64,000 nt of DNA from positions 41,995 to 105,994 of the forward strand of contig JBDRSV010000010.1 of assembly GCA_043824495.1 (NCBI GenBank), given 5' to 3'. Positions within the stretch are counted from its first letter, which is position 1. Each line of letters starts with the position of its first letter. Shown here in pieces: positions 27,748-36,704 of the stretch. The DNA comes from Candidatus Aenigmatarchaeota archaeon. Lineage in GTDB: Archaea > Aenigmatarchaeota > Aenigmatarchaeia > QMZP01. Below the pieces are notes generated by a model. The model was not told the origin of the DNA, did no database searches, and worked only from the letters and a program-made list of their open reading frames with translations. Made by a program: the position numbers and the translations under genes.

Positions 27748-29090
27748 ACTCGTTTTAGACTTTTATAAAAATCAAGTTCCTCCTTTCCTTTATTTGTAAA
27801 CGAATAAATTTTTTGTCTATAGTGGTTTTTATCAATTTTAGCTTTTAAATAGTTCTCTTCTTCGAGTCTCGTTAAGAACATTCTTGTGGTTATTTGGGAA
27901 AGCCTTAAAAATTTTGCAGATCCTAAACTTGTATTAAATCCGTTGTTAACAGAATCTAAATATTTGTAAAGATAAACTTTCTTATTATTAAAAATGTTTC
28001 TTACTAATTTATTTTTCCTTTTCTGATGAGTTATGCAACCTAATTTAAGTAATTTTATAAAATTACTTCTATTTGTTATTCTCACTGACCAATATCCCTT
28101 TTTACCCGTAATATAGTACATTTTACTTGTTCTTATTCCTATAATTTTGCATATATTCTTGAAGAATAATGCATTCTCTCTACTTTCTGTAGAAAAATTT
28201 ACTTCTTTATGAGAAACACCAATATCACCTCTTGACAATCCTCTGAAGGTCTCTATTGAAAATTGTTTTGAACTAAGTGTCAAGTTCATACAATATTCCA
28301 TAATGTAATAGAAAACCTCAGCCAACGTAGAGTTATGGATATTAAGAATACACACACCGTGTGATGCAGATACTCTAGAGTTCTTAATTATTTTTATATT
28401 GTCTTTTAATAGTCCAAACTCTGACCAATATTCTTCAAGATTTCGAATCGTATTTTGATCTTTTTCAGGAAATAGTATTTGCACTTTCCATAAATCCTTT
28501 TTTATACCTAAAATAGATTCAGCGGCTTTGACGAACCAAGCTATCTGAGATCCATCTGCATTAGAAAATGAAAATCTATCTAAATGCTTCCCTTTTTTTC
28601 TACTCTTAAAGCCTTCACAAAAATAAGCTCCAAAGAGCTCCAGTAAGCTATAATTCCCTTTTCTAATAGGTATGAGTTTTGGCAATTCAAATGCATTATT
28701 CCCCTTAGAGTAAATCCATAAAAGAAGTCTATTGTTTTCTAATTCAAATTTATGAAGAGGGTATCCTCTGATTGTTTCTCTTGGTATTATATTGAGTAGA
28801 TTTGCATAACCCTCTTTTTTTACGCTGTTTCTCTCTTTTGGAATACTTATTATATTAAAATAGATATTTTGTGGTGTCTTAATATTATTTGCAAGATGAA
28901 TAGGCACTGTAAATCTCACATCTTTTGTTGTTTTTAGCACAGCGGGAAATGTGGCATCTTTAATTTTTATTAGGGCTGGTTGAACATCATTTAATTTAAA
29001 CTGTCCTATTGAAGATTTTTTAGTTACAATAATGTAGCTAGATTGATTATGTCTGCCTTTGCTCTGTTCATAAATTCTTCCCTTTAACAT
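27744..29090 (-). CDS. Free-standing double-motif LAGLIDADG endonuclease-like protein with C-terminal winged helix
   Basis: LFGAYFCEG followed by FSFSNAD; second motif TFRGLSRGDIG followed by VNFSTE; C-terminal MFLTRLEEENYL...YSFTNKG. Its stop overlaps the infB ATG. Confidence 0.7.
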   Translation of the reverse strand: MLKGRIYEQSKGRHNQSSYIIVTKKSSIGQFKLNDVQPALIKIKDATFPAVLKTTKDVRFTVPIHLANNIKTPQNIYFNIISIPKERNSVKKEGYANLLNIIPRETIRGYPLHKFELENNRLLLWIYSKGNNAFELPKLIPIRKGNYSLLELFGAYFCEGFKSRKKGKHLDRFSFSNADGSQIAWFVKAAESILGIKKDLWKVQILFPEKDQNTIRNLEEYWSEFGLLKDNIKIIKNSRVSASHGVCILNIHNSTLAEVFYYIMEYCMNLTLSSKQFSIETFRGLSRGDIGVSHKEVNFSTESRENALFFKNICKIIGIRTSKMYYITGKKGYWSVRITNRSNFIKLLKLGCITHQKRKNKLVRNIFNNKKVYLYKYLDSVNNGFNTSLGSAKFLRLSQITTRMFLTRLEEENYLKAKIDKNHYRQKIYSFTNKGKEELDFYKSLKRV

Positions 29091-29204
29091 TTCTTCAACC
29101 TCACTATTTTTATTATATTATCGTTCATTAAAAACATCTTTTCTCCATTTAATTTTCCGTTTGTTTGCATATAAACCAAACGGTAGTGGCATGCCAGTAT
29201 ACCA

Positions 29205-29324
29205 CTACATAATATACTCCTTGTAGATCCAAAGTTCTCTGTCATCATCCAGTGGCACTTCGTTATCCACCAGCCACTGGACATATTCTATTTCATTTTC
29301 GTCTGCTTCTTGAATACTCAACAT
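29205..29324 (-). CDS. 39-aa acidic small ORF
   Basis: MLSIQEADENEIEYVQWLVDNEVPLDDDRELWIYKEYIM, with a GGAGG RBS at 29331-29335. Confidence 0.5.
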   Translation of the reverse strand: MLSIQEADENEIEYVQWLVDNEVPLDDDRELWIYKEYIM

Positions 29325-29339
29325 ACTTATCCTCCTTGA

Positions 29340-29575
29340 AATCTTAACGACCTGAAAGACAGACGACTTTATTCGATTGTTGAAAGTCGTCAAGCCTCCT
29401 CCGGTCGCCTTTATTCTAATTCGATACCTTTGTTTGGACAGGGTACGGGTCGAGGAAGCGGTAGCTCCCGTTGACCCGCTTCTAAGAAAGCGTGTCCGCA
29501 GGACGAAAACCATTAAGTGTGAGCTGAAGTAACTGAAGCGAGCCTTAAGGTTTTCAGCTTCCGTTTAGTTTACCT
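29340..29575 (-). ncRNA. Putative structured RNA / 5' leader of unknown family
   Basis: GC-rich island with nested stems at 29522-28/29553-59, 29436-40/29493-97, 29446-51/29473-78, 29362-70/29383-91 and 29348-52/29403-07. Confidence 0.45.
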
Positions 29576-29599
29576 ATTTACTATCAAGTAGCAACAACC

Positions 29600-29615
29600 G
29601 AAAAGTATTTAAATA
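29600..29615. promoter_or_regulatory. BRE/TATA element (GAAAAG-TATTTAAATA), possibly bidirectional
   Basis: Lies ~23 nt upstream of ATG 29636 (leaderless geometry); the TATA box is near-palindromic. Confidence 0.5.
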
Positions 29616-29629
29616 TATCTATCTTAATT

Positions 29630-30484
29630 TTGACTATGGTTATAGCAAATGGTGAGCTGAAGGACAATATAAACATACAACCTACCAGCTCAAGCTATAT
29701 TGATATAGGAACATACAAAAGTTTAGGAAATTCTATTGTTTACTCTACTACACTCACAAGAACAAGAAGAAATTATTACGATTCAAAGAACGAGCTACCA
29801 GAAGGACATAGAATGTCCACGGCAGTAGAAGAACTTGCAATCCAGCTTGGCCTTGAAAGGGCAGGACAAGACCCAAGAAAAGCTGAAGTGCTCAACGATC
29901 TTTTCGGAAGGAAAAACAACGGATGGTATGCATTCCAATGGACAGAAACAGGATTAAGGGTACCTAAAGGATACGATCCAAACAGGACAGAGACAGACGA
30001 ACAAGGAAGAAAGTATTTCCAAAGAATTATTCTGATAGGCGACCAGGAAGTAGGTGAAGTGCTTGTCCCGGAAGGAAGCGGAAGAGCTATTATGGAATGG
30101 GACGAAGTGTTTGGGATACCAAGAGTAACCTCAGACAAGGCCGGAGACATGACGCTCGAAAACCACACAACTCATTTTTACTTTGATGCAAATCCAGGAC
30201 AAGACGATAAAAGCGGCGGATATGATGTATCCGTTGCCCGTGGGAGCGACTGGCATCACGCTGATCACGCTAGGTGCCTGGGCGTCTATGCGGCCTGCGA
30301 GCGTTGGTATGCGTACGTCAATGATGGTGTTCGTCCGGTTCAGGGTTCTCTTCCTGAGATCACACCAGAATTTGTGAGAATTGATCCCGGAATAGTGGAA
30401 GAAGCAAAGGCAAGAACGATAACAATAGACGATGATGCTGCAAACCTGACAGCAAGACAGTTTAAAGAAAAATATAGTGTATAA
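29630..30484 (+). CDS. DGR target (variable) protein with CLec-type variable region
   Basis: Contains the VR at 30231-30335, encoding ...RCLGVYAACERWYAYVNDGVRP. Likely start ATG 29636. Confidence 0.85.
   Translation: MTMVIANGELKDNINIQPTSSSYIDIGTYKSLGNSIVYSTTLTRTRRNYYDSKNELPEGHRMSTAVEELAIQLGLERAGQDPRKAEVLNDLFGRKNNGWYAFQWTETGLRVPKGYDPNRTETDEQGRKYFQRIILIGDQEVGEVLVPEGSGRAIMEWDEVFGIPRVTSDKAGDMTLENHTTHFYFDANPGQDDKSGGYDVSVARGSDWHHADHARCLGVYAACERWYAYVNDGVRPVQGSLPEITPEFVRIDPGIVEEAKARTITIDDDAANLTARQFKEKYSV
30231..30335 (+). repeat. DGR variable repeat (VR)
   Basis: Aligns to 30804-30949 with 13 substitutions, 12 of them at TR adenines; the 3' 17 nt (CAATGATGGTGTTCGTC) are identical. Confidence 0.95.
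30340..30357 (+). other. Hairpin 4 nt downstream of the VR (candidate DGR target-recognition hairpin)
   Basis: TCAGG-GTTCTCTT-CCTGA; positioned like the post-IMH hairpin of the Bordetella BPP-1 DGR. Confidence 0.55.
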
Positions 30485-30803
30485 ATAATTTCTTTTTGAA
30501 TTAAATACAATGGATACTTCAACTTTTATTTCCTTTGGAACCCCAGAGAGAGATAATTTCTTCTACTAACCCACATAGCCAGAGCGTTCCTGATTCTTTG
30601 TATAATCCGTCACTCTTTATAGTCCTGGCCAGAACCGGCTCCGTAACAGAACACACAGCCGGAGAACCCTGAACTATACGCCTGTTCATAGACGAAGCCA
30701 TATAAAATATGTGCTGATGACATGAAATTCAGCAGTGACAGCTAGTAAGCAGAGAAGAAAACTGAAACTGTGGTGAAATCTTGAGTGAACAAGCTACTGA
30801 ACA

Positions 30804-30949
30804 CCGTTGCCCGTAGGAGCAACTGGCATCACGATGATCATAGCGAAGCGCTATCATAAACGATAGGTGCCTGAACGTCAATGCGAACTACGAGCGTTGG
30901 AATGCGAAATTGCTGACAAGCGACGCAAACGGCAATGATGGTGTTCGTC
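30804..30949 (+). ncRNA. DGR template repeat (TR) with two inserts (30841-30860 and 30909-30929)
   Basis: AAC/AAT-rich copy of the VR, immediately upstream of the RT start. Confidence 0.93.
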
Positions 30950-30975
30950 AATAATCCAGTCTGGCCGGGATCTTT

Positions 30976-32057
30976 ATGAAAACTCATGGCAAACTATACA
31001 ATAATATACACTCAATAGAGAACTCTATCTGGCATATAGGAAGGCCAGAAAAGGCAAAAGGAATCGACATTATGTAAAAGAATTTGAATATGATCTACAG
31101 AACAATATACTAAGCTTACAAAAAGAACTAACAGAGCTCACATATGGGCCTAATCCCCTGAAAATCTTTGTGATAAGGGATCCAAAAACCCGTGTAATTT
31201 CCGCATCTGATTTTAGAGATAGAGTTGTGCATCATGCACTATTCAACATCATTGAGCCGATATTTGAAAAAACATTTATCCATGACTCGTATGCAAGCAG
31301 GAAGAACAAGGGGACCCATAAAGCTATAGAAAGGTTTGACGAGTTCAAGAGAAAGACAGCAAGAAACGGAAAACTTATAAAAAATGCAAAAACAAACAAC
31401 ATAGTCATTGGCTATGTATTAAAAGCAGACATAAAGCACTATTTTGATTCAGTTGATCATGAAGTAATGATTAATATAATTAAAAAGAAAATCAGTGATA
31501 AGCACGTATTATGGTTAGTAAAGAAGATTCTGGACAACCATAACACCAAGATGCCATGCAAAGGAATGCCTATTGGAAACCTCACGAGCCAGACATTTGC
31601 AAACGTATATTTGAATAGCCTTGATTATTTTGTGAAACAAAAACTAAGGGCAAGATATTACATCAGATATCTTGATGACTTTGTCATATTTGACAGAAGC
31701 AAAGAGAAGCTGGAAAAATATAAAAATCAGATAAGCGAGTTTCTCAAAACAATAAAACTGGAGCTTCATCCCAATAAATCCAAGATAATACCCCTGCATA
31801 AGGGCATTAATTTTCTCGGCTTCAGAATTTTCTACTATCATAAACTTCTCAAGAAGAGTAATATCAGACTGTTCAGGAAAAGAACAATTGAATTAGAAAA
31901 GTCTTATATATGTGGGGAAACATCCAAAGACAAGTTATGCGAAAAGATCAACGGCTGGCTGGAATATGCAAGGCATGGAGACACATATAAACTGAGGAAA
32001 CGAATTCAAGATGAGATTTCTCATTTCTTAATGATTATAAAGAAAAAACCTCAATAA
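30976..32057 (+). pseudogene. DGR reverse transcriptase with a 1-nt deletion near 31023-31025
   Basis: ATG 30976 encodes MKTHGKLYNNIHSIEN; the shifted frame reads LYLAYRKARKGKRNRH...RDRVVHHA, KADIKHYFDS, GMPIGNLTSQ and YLDD. Confidence 0.9.
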
Positions 32058-32063
32058 ATACAT

Positions 32064-33347
32064 ATGCTGGACATAAAATTGATTCGAGAGACCCCTCAAA
32101 TTGTGAAAAAGAATCTTCAGAAAAGAGGAGACAAAGAGAAACTCGAATGGGTAGACGATGTTGTGGAATTAGATAAAAAGTGGAGAAGTGGCCTCAAAAA
32201 AATAGAAGATCTTAGACGTAAAAGAAATGTGGTGACACATGAAATAGCCAAGATTAAAGCAAATGGAAAATCTGCTTCTAAAGAAATCCAAGAAATGAAA
32301 GACATTCCAAACAAAATTAAAGAGTTGGAAGAAAAAAATCAGAAATATAGAGAGAAAATGATGTATTATCTAATGAGAATACCAAACATTCTCCATGATT
32401 CCGTTCCTAAAGGTAAAGATGATGAGGACAATGTAGAAACCAAAAAGTGGGGTAACCCTCCAAAATTTGATTTCAAATCAAAAAATCATTTAGATTTACT
32501 TCTTGACTTAGGATTGATAGATCAGGAAAGAGCAAACAAAATATCTGGAAATGGTTTTTACTATTATAAAGAAGGGTTGGTCTTACTAGATCGAGCTTTA
32601 CAATCTTATACAATTGATTTTCTTAGGAAAAAAGGATATGTTCTAATCAAACCTCCTTATATGATGAGAAAAAAACCGTATGAGGGCGTAACTGATTTCG
32701 AGTTCTTCCAAGATCAAGCTTACAAAATAGAAGAGGAAGATTTATACTTAATTGCTACAAGTGAGCATCCAATGGCTGCAATGTTCATAAACGAAGTTTT
32801 AGATAAAGATAAACTTCCACTAAAACTTGTTGGTATATCTCCTTGCTTCAGGAAAGAAGTGGGAGCGCATGGTAAGTACACGAAAGGATTATTCCGTATG
32901 CATCAATTTGACAAAATAGAACAATTCATTTTTTGTTTACCTGAACAATCATGGGAGCTTCACGAAGAACTTCAAAAAAACGCAGAAGAACTTTATCAAA
33001 ACTTAGGTCTTTCATACAGAGTTGTGAATGTGTGTACAGGTGATATAGGGGACATAGCCGCAAAAAAATATGATATAGAAATTTGGATGGCTGATGGAAA
33101 GTATAGAGAAGTCGGTTCAAATTCTAATTGCACTGATTACCAATCCAGGCGCCTAAACATAAAATACAGAGAAACTGAAGGCAAGCCTCCTGTAGGTTTT
33201 ATTCACACTTTAAACAATACAGCAATTGCAACAAGCAGGACTATGGTTGCTGTTCTAGAAACTTATCAGAAAGCAGATGGAACAATAGAAATCCCAAAAG
33301 TCTTGAGGCCTTACATGAGTGGGATGAAAGTTCTAGAAAAGAAGTAA
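32064..33347 (+). CDS. serS: Seryl-tRNA synthetase
   Basis: MLDIKLIRE, ATSEHP, FRKEVGAHG, LFRMHQFDKIEQF and TLNNTAIA motifs. Confidence 0.97.
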   Translation: MLDIKLIRETPQIVKKNLQKRGDKEKLEWVDDVVELDKKWRSGLKKIEDLRRKRNVVTHEIAKIKANGKSASKEIQEMKDIPNKIKELEEKNQKYREKMMYYLMRIPNILHDSVPKGKDDEDNVETKKWGNPPKFDFKSKNHLDLLLDLGLIDQERANKISGNGFYYYKEGLVLLDRALQSYTIDFLRKKGYVLIKPPYMMRKKPYEGVTDFEFFQDQAYKIEEEDLYLIATSEHPMAAMFINEVLDKDKLPLKLVGISPCFRKEVGAHGKYTKGLFRMHQFDKIEQFIFCLPEQSWELHEELQKNAEELYQNLGLSYRVVNVCTGDIGDIAAKKYDIEIWMADGKYREVGSNSNCTDYQSRRLNIKYRETEGKPPVGFIHTLNNTAIATSRTMVAVLETYQKADGTIEIPKVLRPYMSGMKVLEKK

Positions 33348-33348
33348 A

Positions 33349-34854
33349 TTATAATCCAATCAGAGTTGCCTTTTTCTGAAATTCAAATCTGGCTTTGAAA
33401 TGTCTTAGTGGAAGGTCTTTACCATAAACAACATTAACAGCTGGAATTTTATCTCTTTGCTCGTACAGAGACTGAAGAGCTTCTGCTACAGAATCTAAAT
33501 CTTGTTTTTCATATCTGAGGCGAGGAATAGCAAATCTAACAAAATTAACTTCAGGGAAAGTTTCCTTTCCCGTTTCTTTGTTATATGAACCAAAAGCAAA
33601 ATTGCCTAGTTCAATGGCTCTGTGACCATAAGCAGCTAAAAGAACAGCGGTTAAAGCCACTCCACCAAAATCTTCTGGTTTCATATCTGTATCCGCGAAG
33701 AATTTATTTACATCCAAATAAATTGCATGTCCTCCTGAGGGTGCTAAAACTGGAAGATTTTTTTTGCGTAAATTTCTTCCGAAATCTTGAACTTGGTTTA
33801 TTCTATGTTCTAGATATTTTTCTTTTGTTACAGTGTTTAAACCAACAACAAGAGCCATTATGTTTCTTCCAGAAAGACCACCATAAGTTGGGTGTCCCTC
33901 TTTTAGAATTTGATGGTTTGTTAGAGCGTCTGACATGGAAGGATATTTTTTTACAAAAAGTCCATCATTTCTAAAGAAAAGACCCCCTCCCATGTTCACA
34001 AGGCCATCTTTTTTGAAACTGATTGTAAATCCATCTACATATGAAAACATTTCTCTGATAATTTCTGGTATATTCTTGTTGCCATAACCACTTTCTTTAT
34101 TTTTAATGAACCAGGAATTTTCTGCAAATCTACATGCATCAAAAAACAAAGGAATGTTGTGTTTATGGGAAATTTCAGAAACTTCTTTTATGTTTTCCAT
34201 TGATACCGGCTGACCTCCGCCGGTGTTGTTGGTTATTGTGAGATAAATCAGAGGAACTTGATTAGCTGATTTTTCTAGAAGGTTTTTGAGTTTTTCTGTG
34301 TTCATGTTGCCCTTAAAGCAACAATCAGAATCAGAATCTTTTAATTCAGATGAAAATAAATTTATGGCTTGTATTTTATTAGCTTCTATGTTAGCTTCTG
34401 TTGTGTCAAAATGACCATTACTAGGAATTATGAGATTAGATCCCAATTTGCCTATAAGACTGAATAGGGCATCTTCGCATGGACGACCCTGATGAAAAAT
34501 GAACGCGTTTGGTTTTTCTTCTGGCTGATTGAAAAATTTTTCGCCGAAAACAGTTCTGATCTGTTCTGCTAGTAAAAAATAACCTCTGTTAGATCCATAT
34601 GCTTCATCTCCTTTATGTAATGCGGCCCACTGTTCATTTGTCATTGTAGTTGTTCCAGAATCAGAAAGCATGTCGCATCCGGTTATCATTTCTGATGGAA
34701 AAAAGAAAACGTTCAGTCCAACACGTTCAAGCATTTTAGTTCTTTCTTTTGATGTGTATTGTTTCTTAAGTTCAATGGAGTGATTAAAATAAGGACGTGT
34801 TTTCGTTTGAAGATTATCTTCTTTGAAATTGTGTATAATTTCGTTTAAATCCAT
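33349..34854 (-). CDS. Tryptophanase / tyrosine phenol-lyase family PLP enzyme
   Basis: DMLSDSGT, GDEAYG, HQGR, HFDTT, TNNTGGGQPVSMEN, DACRFAEN and PLP-Lys motif SFKKDG. Confidence 0.88.
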   Translation of the reverse strand: MDLNEIIHNFKEDNLQTKTRPYFNHSIELKKQYTSKERTKMLERVGLNVFFFPSEMITGCDMLSDSGTTTMTNEQWAALHKGDEAYGSNRGYFLLAEQIRTVFGEKFFNQPEEKPNAFIFHQGRPCEDALFSLIGKLGSNLIIPSNGHFDTTEANIEANKIQAINLFSSELKDSDSDCCFKGNMNTEKLKNLLEKSANQVPLIYLTITNNTGGGQPVSMENIKEVSEISHKHNIPLFFDACRFAENSWFIKNKESGYGNKNIPEIIREMFSYVDGFTISFKKDGLVNMGGGLFFRNDGLFVKKYPSMSDALTNHQILKEGHPTYGGLSGRNIMALVVGLNTVTKEKYLEHRINQVQDFGRNLRKKNLPVLAPSGGHAIYLDVNKFFADTDMKPEDFGGVALTAVLLAAYGHRAIELGNFAFGSYNKETGKETFPEVNFVRFAIPRLRYEKQDLDSVAEALQSLYEQRDKIPAVNVVYGKDLPLRHFKARFEFQKKATLIGL

Positions 34855-34932
34855 GTTCTTAAAATTAATTTAAAAATATTTAAAGTATTATCAAATTGTA
34901 ACGCTTATAATCTTTAAATTTCACAATTTAAT

Positions 34933-35151
34933 ATGGCGAAAGTGCCTTCAGGTTATGTTGTGTATATACACCGAGATTTCTGTAAAGACGTAGAATGTCC
35001 TGTACAAATAGAATTGGACAAAGAGGAAATAGAATCTGAAAAATATAACACAATATGCGAAACGTGCAAGAGAGATTGCAACTTCACTGCAATTGGTTTT
35101 CAAAAATGGCTAGCTTCTCATGGGTACTTGATAGTCAAAACATCTAAATAA
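34933..35151 (+). CDS. Small Cys/His-rich hypothetical protein (possible metal binder)
   Basis: H..FC...C and C..C...C pattern. Confidence 0.55.
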   Translation: MAKVPSGYVVYIHRDFCKDVECPVQIELDKEEIESEKYNTICETCKRDCNFTAIGFQKWLASHGYLIVKTSK

Positions 35152-35205
35152 AAGAAGTGAAGTATGGTGATTGGCTTAATCATATGTTAAACTTTTTTAT
35201 ACCTT

Positions 35206-36273
35206 TTGCTGCAACTGTTTGTTATGTTAGTAGGAGATAAGCATTATAGAACTGTTTGGATGGAAGGTAACATAGTTAGAATGATTAATCAAATCAAACT
35301 CCCACATCAGTTTATTATACAAGATTTTTTGGATTACACACAAACAGCTCTTAGTATAAAAGATATGTACGTAAGAGGAGCTGGAGCTATAGGAGCTACT
35401 GCAGGATATGGAATTGCACAAGCAGCTCTACAAGCGCCTGATCAGAGATTTCATGAATATGTAAACCTAGCGGCTGAGCACATAAAACAAACAAGACCAA
35501 CAGCTCAAAATTTATTTTATGCTGTTAATAGAGTATTGAAAAAAATAGAAAATTTAGAACCAGCAGTAGCAAGACAAGAAGCTGTTAAAGAGGCTCAAGC
35601 AATTGCTGATGACGATGCTAATTCATGTAAAAAAATAGGAGAATTAGGAGCAGATCTGATAAAAGATGGTTACAAAATATCAACACATTGTAATGCTGGT
35701 TGGCTGGCTTTTGTTGACTGGGGATCAGCTTTATCTCCGATATATCAAGCAAAACGACAAGGAAAAAATGTTTTTGTTTTTGTTGATGAAACAAGACCAA
35801 GATCACAAGGATCTAAATTAACAGCTTGGGAACTAGTAAATGAGAAAATTCCTCATGCAGTTATAGTTGATAATGCTACAGGATATTACATGAAGAAAGG
35901 TGAAATAGATCTTGTTATTGTCGGTTCTGATAGAATTGCTATAAACGGAGATGTTGCAAACAAGATAGGAACATATTCTTCAGCTGTGGTTGCAAAAGAA
36001 AATAATATTTCATTCTATGTGGCAGCACCAACAAGCACGATTGATCCTAATTGCCCTTCAGGTGATCAAATACCAATAGAAGAAAGACATGAAGATGAAG
36101 TTCTGGTTATAGAAGGATTGACTGTAGAGGGTAAAGAAGAGAAAGTTAGAATAGCTCCAAAAGAATCATGTGCTAAAAACCCCAGTTTTGATGTAACACC
36201 AGCAAAATATATAACAGGTATAATTACAGAAAAAGGCATATTCAAGCCAGAAGAACTAAGAAACTTGTTTTAA
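35206..36273 (+). CDS. mtnA: S-methyl-5-thioribose-1-phosphate isomerase (eIF2B-like family)
   Basis: VRGAGAIG, RPTA, THCNAG, DETRP, GSDRIA..GDVANKIGTY and FDVTP motifs. Likely start ATG 35224. Confidence 0.88.
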   Translation: MLQLFVMLVGDKHYRTVWMEGNIVRMINQIKLPHQFIIQDFLDYTQTALSIKDMYVRGAGAIGATAGYGIAQAALQAPDQRFHEYVNLAAEHIKQTRPTAQNLFYAVNRVLKKIENLEPAVARQEAVKEAQAIADDDANSCKKIGELGADLIKDGYKISTHCNAGWLAFVDWGSALSPIYQAKRQGKNVFVFVDETRPRSQGSKLTAWELVNEKIPHAVIVDNATGYYMKKGEIDLVIVGSDRIAINGDVANKIGTYSSAVVAKENNISFYVAAPTSTIDPNCPSGDQIPIEERHEDEVLVIEGLTVEGKEEKVRIAPKESCAKNPSFDVTPAKYITGIITEKGIFKPEELRNLF

Positions 36274-36328
36274 TTATTAAAACCCGAACTTTTATTCCAT
36301 AAATTCAAATTAAATTTAAGGTGATTTA

Positions 36329-36637
36329 ATGGGAGAATTTGTTGAAGTTATTAAAAAAGCTGATTTAGAAGAAGGAAAAGGAATGGTAGTCGAAGTTGGA
36401 GATAAAAAAGTAGCTCTTTTTAACGTGGGTGGAGAATTCCATGCAATAGATAATCTATGCCCACATAAACAAGGCCCTCTAGGAGAAGGCATGCTTGATG
36501 GTGATAACGTGGCTTGTCCTTGGCATGGTTGGGTTTTCAGCGTGAAAAACGGTGTTTCTCCAGTTAATCCAGCAACTAAAGTGGTCAAATATAACGTAAA
36601 GATAGAAGAGGATAACGTTTTAATAGAAAAACAGTAG
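36329..36637 (+). CDS. Rieske-type [2Fe-2S] ferredoxin (NirD-like)
   Basis: CPHKQGPL and CPWHGW ligand boxes. Confidence 0.92.
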   Translation: MGEFVEVIKKADLEEGKGMVVEVGDKKVALFNVGGEFHAIDNLCPHKQGPLGEGMLDGDNVACPWHGWVFSVKNGVSPVNPATKVVKYNVKIEEDNVLIEKQ

Positions 36638-36704
36638 ACATCAGGCCTTTAAAAATATTTTAATAAAGCTTTATATATACAGAATATAATAGGTTTAGTA
36701 TAAA

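Larger units (their letters stand above)
29630..32057 (+). mobile_element. Diversity-generating retroelement cassette (target - spacer - TR - RT; no avd seen)
   Basis: VR/TR pair with adenine-specific differences and an adjacent DGR-type RT. Confidence 0.92.

Noticed and set aside
27744-29090. Intein or intron-encoded status for the LAGLIDADG ORF
   Set aside because: There are no intein splicing termini (C/S start, HN end) and it is not in frame within a host gene. Its stop overlaps the infB start, leaving no room for a downstream exon.
29118-29324. TAG read-through (pyrrolysine-like) extending the 39-aa sORF
   Set aside because: The extension resembles no known protein, there are no pyl genes in the window, and the region after the stop is better explained as hairpins.
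29447-29480. GAGGAAG resembling the RNase P RNA P4 5' strand
   Set aside because: It is not followed by the conserved UCC, and no matching 3' P4 strand is present at a plausible distance.
30714-30727. Hammerhead-like CTGATGA...GAAA
   Set aside because: Stem II is only 3 nt, and I could not find a stem III ending in the required U-H cleavage triplet or a stem I partner.
30976-32057. Group II intron or retron identity for the RT
   Set aside because: It has the DGR-type GNLTSQ motif, no maturase/X domain or domain V hairpin, and an adjacent TR/VR pair.
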